From an uncultured bacterium (GTDB lineage Bacteria; JAJVIF01; JAPKYR01): 10,471 nt of DNA. Under the pieces are notes generated by a model. It was given only the letters and a program-made list of their open reading frames with translations. It had not been told where the DNA came from and made no database searches. The stretch covers positions 1 to 10,471 of the forward strand of contig CBDURU010000119.1 in the NCBI GenBank assembly GCA_965369865.1. Direction: 5' to 3'. Every line of letters starts with the position of its first letter. Within the stretch, counting starts at the first letter, position 1. Below are positions 7,135-10,471 of the stretch, piece by piece. Both the position numbers and the translations under genes were made by a program.

Positions 7135-7194
7135 ACCATAGCCTGCCAGATTGCAGAATCGGACCCTTTGGCAAGAATATCAAAGGATTATTTT
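7135..7194 (+). repeat. Junction element J5
   Basis: Left arm ACCATAGC, core CTGCCAG at 7143-7149. Positions 7143-7178 are identical to 1698-1733 (36 nt), and 45/47 nt match overall. Confidence 0.92.
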
Positions 7195-7342
7195 ATAAAT
7201 TTATTCCGGATTCAATATCTGGTCATTTACAGATTTGCTATCCGGATGCAGAAACGTATAATTTTAATAATTAAAATCGCCAATTTGTTTGAACTGGACC
7301 GGGTATAATTAAGAGCGATTACAAAGGACGTTCCAGATAGAA

Positions 7343-8239
7343 ATGAAACAAGAGAATCCGATCGATAAGATTCTGGGAGAGCAGTTACCTGTACTTGACA
7401 ACGGTTTTGTACGGGTGATTGATTATCTTGGCGATGATTCCGCGATTGTGCAGGCCGCAAGAGTTTCTTACGGAAAGGGGACGAAAAAAAAGAGCGAGGA
7501 CAAAGAGCTGATCCGGTATCTCATGCGCCATCGCCACACATCGCCTTTCGAGATGTGCGAGATCAAGCTTCACGTTCGGGTTCCGATGGATTGCTGGAGG
7601 CAGTGGATTCGTCACAGGACTGCAAATGTAAATGAGTATTCAACCAGGTATTCTGTCGCGATCGATGCAATGGCCGCGACGAAGCCCGATGCATGGCGTT
7701 TGCAGGATAAATCGATCAATCGCCAGGGAAGCAGGGGATCGCTGGATATTGAGAATGGCACGAAGTTAAGTGAAGAGGAGTCGGAGATCCAGCAAAAGTG
7801 CCGTGAGATTTACGAGGAGCGACTCGAGCATGGAGTGGCGAGAGAACAGGCGAGGAAAGACCTTCCATTATCCACTTATACTGAAGCTTACTGGAAGATC
7901 GATCTACACAATCTTCTGAATTTTCTCAGGCTCAGAATGGACCTGAACGCGCAGCATGAAATCAGGGAATACGCGAATGTAATCGGACATCAAATTGTAA
8001 AAAAATGGGTTCCGGTGACCTGGCAGGCGTTTCTGGATTACCAGTTGAACGCGTTAACGTTATCGAAAATCGAGACAGACTTCATATCGCTCCTCGCCAC
8101 AGGTCGAACAAACGAAGCTTTGGACGGCATGAAAAAAAGCGGCTGGATTAAAATTAAAGGGGACAAAAGAGTTCCGAATCTCGAGGCAAGGGAATTCGCG
8201 AATAAACTTGAGGAGTTAGGGATAGAGGTACCCTGGTGA
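7343..8239 (+). CDS. thyX: FAD-dependent thymidylate synthase ThyX
   Basis: IVQAARVSY, LIRYLMRHRHTSPFE, ThyX motif region RQWIRHRTANVNEYSTRY, GVAREQARKDLP, NLLNFLRLR and AQHEIREYA. Confidence 0.96.
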   Translation: MKQENPIDKILGEQLPVLDNGFVRVIDYLGDDSAIVQAARVSYGKGTKKKSEDKELIRYLMRHRHTSPFEMCEIKLHVRVPMDCWRQWIRHRTANVNEYSTRYSVAIDAMAATKPDAWRLQDKSINRQGSRGSLDIENGTKLSEEESEIQQKCREIYEERLEHGVAREQARKDLPLSTYTEAYWKIDLHNLLNFLRLRMDLNAQHEIREYANVIGHQIVKKWVPVTWQAFLDYQLNALTLSKIETDFISLLATGRTNEALDGMKKSGWIKIKGDKRVPNLEAREFANKLEELGIEVPW

Positions 8240-8287
8240 AAACAACGTCTAATGTGTTACCTGGAGGTAAAACAGGTCTTTTTCGGG

Positions 8288-8365
8288 CATAAAAGTTCGA
8301 AACTCATCTACCAAAGCCTGCCAGATTGTAGAATCAGGCTCTCGACTAAAATGGTCGGGGGGTTT
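8288..8365 (+). repeat. Junction element J6
   Basis: Left arm plus core matches J2 at 31/37 nt. Core at 8318-8324, then GATTGTAGAATC (as in J0/J5) and hairpin CTCTCGACT/GGTCGGGGG (8339-8361) followed by GTTT. Confidence 0.88.
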
Positions 8366-8557
8366 ATAATAGACCGTGCTCAAACCTTTCCCTCGAATCC
8401 TTACTGGTCTGTTCATCAGTTGGACGCAGGTGCGAATCGAGGGGTGGAGCATGATATTGAAATGGTAAAGAATGTAACGCAGGTGTTCTTTTAAAAAGAG
8501 CACACAATATTGGAGTAATACAGAAGCATTAAAGTAGGTGAAAATTCTAAAGAAAGT

Positions 8558-10333
8558 ATGCATACATTTCATATCCCAGTAATGGGAACGGGATTCACAG
8601 TCGATACGGCACTTAGTGTAGCGAAGTATGGAATTTCATCCGCAATATCTCTGGTAGATGATGTAATGATCGAACAGATGCGGAAATACCATGCTGAGAG
8701 GGTAGGCGAGCCGTACGAAGAAATTACGAACCAGGATGAGGATCCCCGCGCCCGCAGGATCACACAGTATTTAAATCTTATCAACCTCCTGGTGCAACGC
8801 CAGATGAAGGTTCTTAAGGCAATGCCATTTTCAGACGGCAGCGATATTGTGCGTTATTTCGAGTTAATGCCGGATTCTTCAATCAGGCTGTTATACGAGA
8901 AGATGCTTGGTGAAGAAGATTCGGAAGAAAAAGCTCGTATGCAGGACCACCTGCGCACGTTAGTAGTACCCGGCAGCATCGATGTCAACATCATGACAAA
9001 GCTTGACAGGGAAAACTACCGGGGAGGCCAAAAACAGCCACCGGAATTTGCGGATGCACTGGCTGCTTTAAGGGGGTTTGCCCAGAGCGATCTGAACTCG
9101 TCCATTATATTTTCAGCAGGTATAAACAAGCGGCTCCTGACATATCTCACCCAGTTCGAGGACTTCTTTCCAACCGGTAACGGTGGGTTTAAGAAAAAGA
9201 TAACACTTAAAGTCAGCGATTACCGCTCAGCGGAAATACAGGGAAATTTCATGGCGAAACGTGGTATGTGGGTGTCCGAATATCGTGTGGAGTCCGGCTT
9301 GAACTGTGGCGGCCATACATTCCCAAGTACGGGAAATCTGATTGGACCGATACTGGAGGAATTCAAGGCAAAAAAAAAGGAATTAATAGAAAAACTTTTC
9401 GCTGCATGCAATAAGACCTGGGCGGCAAACGATCGGGAGGAGCTGGACATTCCGCCAGCGGTTAAGTTTACAGTGCAGGGCGGTATAGGTACACATTCAG
9501 AGGATGAACTGATGTTGGGCTATTACAACATGGATAGTACGGGATGGGGAACGCCCTGGTTGCTTGTCCCGGAGGTTACAAACGTGGACAAGGTCCATCT
9601 GGATAAATTACTATCCGCGACAGATGAGGTTGTTTATTTAAGCTACAGTACGCCACTCCTGGTTCCATTCTGGAACCTAAGAAATTCAGGCAGTGAAAAT
9701 GCACGCCGCGAACGGATCAGTAAGGGGGTTCCCGGCAGTCCCTGCCCAAAAGGCTACCTGAGAGCAAATACCGAGTTTACTGAAAAACCTATCTGTTTAG
9801 CGTCCCGGGCGTACCAGAAATTGAAGCTTGAAAGCATTAAGGAAGAAGGGTACACGGAGGAGCAGCTTGAATTTGTCACGGAGCATGTATTAAATAAAAG
9901 CTGCATATGTAATGATCTGGCCGGAAGTGTACAAATCAAGAATGGAATCAAACCGAACGCTACTCCCTCCTTATGCTGTGGACCGAACATGGCGTATTTT
10001 ACAAAGCTGGTTACCCTGGAAGACATGGTGAATTATATCTACGGCCGATTGAATCAACTGGCAACTCACGATCGTCCGCATATGTTTATCCAGGAGTTGA
10101 AGCTTAATATAGACTATCTCCGTGAAGAATTGGAGAAATTTTCGCTGCAACTGTCCAACCGCAAGCAAAAGTACTTCAATCAATTCAAAGAGAATCTTAT
10201 CAATGGTATTGAATACTACAAGTGTCTGCGTGGAGTATTCAAGAAGGAAGAGTTGAGCGAATTCCTGGACAACCTGAAGTCGCTTTACAAGGCCGTGGAA
10301 GCTCTTGACCTTGAATCGGTTGCCGCGTCATAA
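8558..10333 (+). CDS. Conserved hypothetical protein; possible FMN-dependent TIM-barrel oxidoreductase (nitronate monooxygenase-like) with Cys cluster
   Basis: 591-aa ORF. Motifs HIPVMG, FSAG, VESGLNCGGH, VQGGIG and GWGTPWL parallel the NMO/FabK-type motifs. Cys-rich C-terminus (PCPKG, PIC, KSCICNDL, LCCGPN). The ORF is secure; the function is inferred. Confidence 0.8.
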   Translation: MHTFHIPVMGTGFTVDTALSVAKYGISSAISLVDDVMIEQMRKYHAERVGEPYEEITNQDEDPRARRITQYLNLINLLVQRQMKVLKAMPFSDGSDIVRYFELMPDSSIRLLYEKMLGEEDSEEKARMQDHLRTLVVPGSIDVNIMTKLDRENYRGGQKQPPEFADALAALRGFAQSDLNSSIIFSAGINKRLLTYLTQFEDFFPTGNGGFKKKITLKVSDYRSAEIQGNFMAKRGMWVSEYRVESGLNCGGHTFPSTGNLIGPILEEFKAKKKELIEKLFAACNKTWAANDREELDIPPAVKFTVQGGIGTHSEDELMLGYYNMDSTGWGTPWLLVPEVTNVDKVHLDKLLSATDEVVYLSYSTPLLVPFWNLRNSGSENARRERISKGVPGSPCPKGYLRANTEFTEKPICLASRAYQKLKLESIKEEGYTEEQLEFVTEHVLNKSCICNDLAGSVQIKNGIKPNATPSLCCGPNMAYFTKLVTLEDMVNYIYGRLNQLATHDRPHMFIQELKLNIDYLREELEKFSLQLSNRKQKYFNQFKENLINGIEYYKCLRGVFKKEELSEFLDNLKSLYKAVEALDLESVAAS

Positions 10334-10471
10334 AAATTCCTCATAGAATTTAATCGAAGTCAGGGCATATTCAGCATTGAGGGGGACACCTGCTTTTCGA
10401 CGAGCGAAAAGAGATGTCGAGATAGTCCCGAATTTAGTTGAAAAAAGTGGCGGTTCCTTTAACCTGACTGT

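Larger units (their letters stand above)
1698..10471. mobile_element. Putative tRNA-Glu-anchored array of single-gene cassettes (tandem integrated islets); no integrase in window
   Basis: Seven related, same-orientation junction elements related to the tRNA 3' end and its terminator, with exactly one gene between consecutive junctions. Confidence 0.7.

Noticed and set aside
1698..8370. Junction repeats as a CRISPR array or classical integron attC sites
   Set aside because: The intervals are whole genes of 0.45-1.6 kb, not 30-40 nt spacers. There is no consistent RYYYAAC...GTTRRRY framing, and no cas or intI gene in the window.
8249..8572. ORFs 8252-8494 (+) and 8249-8572 (-), and 7227-7460 (-)
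   Set aside because: They run through junction or promoter DNA or overlap real genes, and lack family motifs.
2771..10183. Remaining short ORFs nested within the CEO-like, cytochrome, msrAB, thyX and hypothetical genes
   Set aside because: They are alternate-frame or antisense shadows of well-supported CDSs.

Overview
Bacterial chromosomal window. The left part carries fliP-fliQ (no fliR next to them) and a sigma70-driven tRNA-Glu(CTC) at 1629-1703. Everything downstream of the tRNA looks like an ordered array of single-gene cassettes: a TGA-interrupted small membrane protein, an N5-(carboxyethyl)ornithine synthase-like dehydrogenase, an RRM RNA-binding protein, a pentaheme cytochrome c, an MsrB-MsrA fusion, ThyX, and a 591-aa conserved hypothetical protein. 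The genes are separated by related junction elements, all in the same orientation, built as [left arm]-CTGCCAG-[short dyad]-[terminator-like hairpin]-T tract, where CTGCCA is the 3' end of the tRNA. Cores sit at 1698, 3641, 4354, 5930, 7143 and 8318, with a core-less degenerate copy at about 2153. Left and right arms are reassorted across the core, as expected from repeated site-specific integration at the tRNA 3' end. No integrase is encoded in the window. The repeats are seen directly in the sequence; the interpretation as an integron-like, tRNA-anchored gene-capture array is inference.
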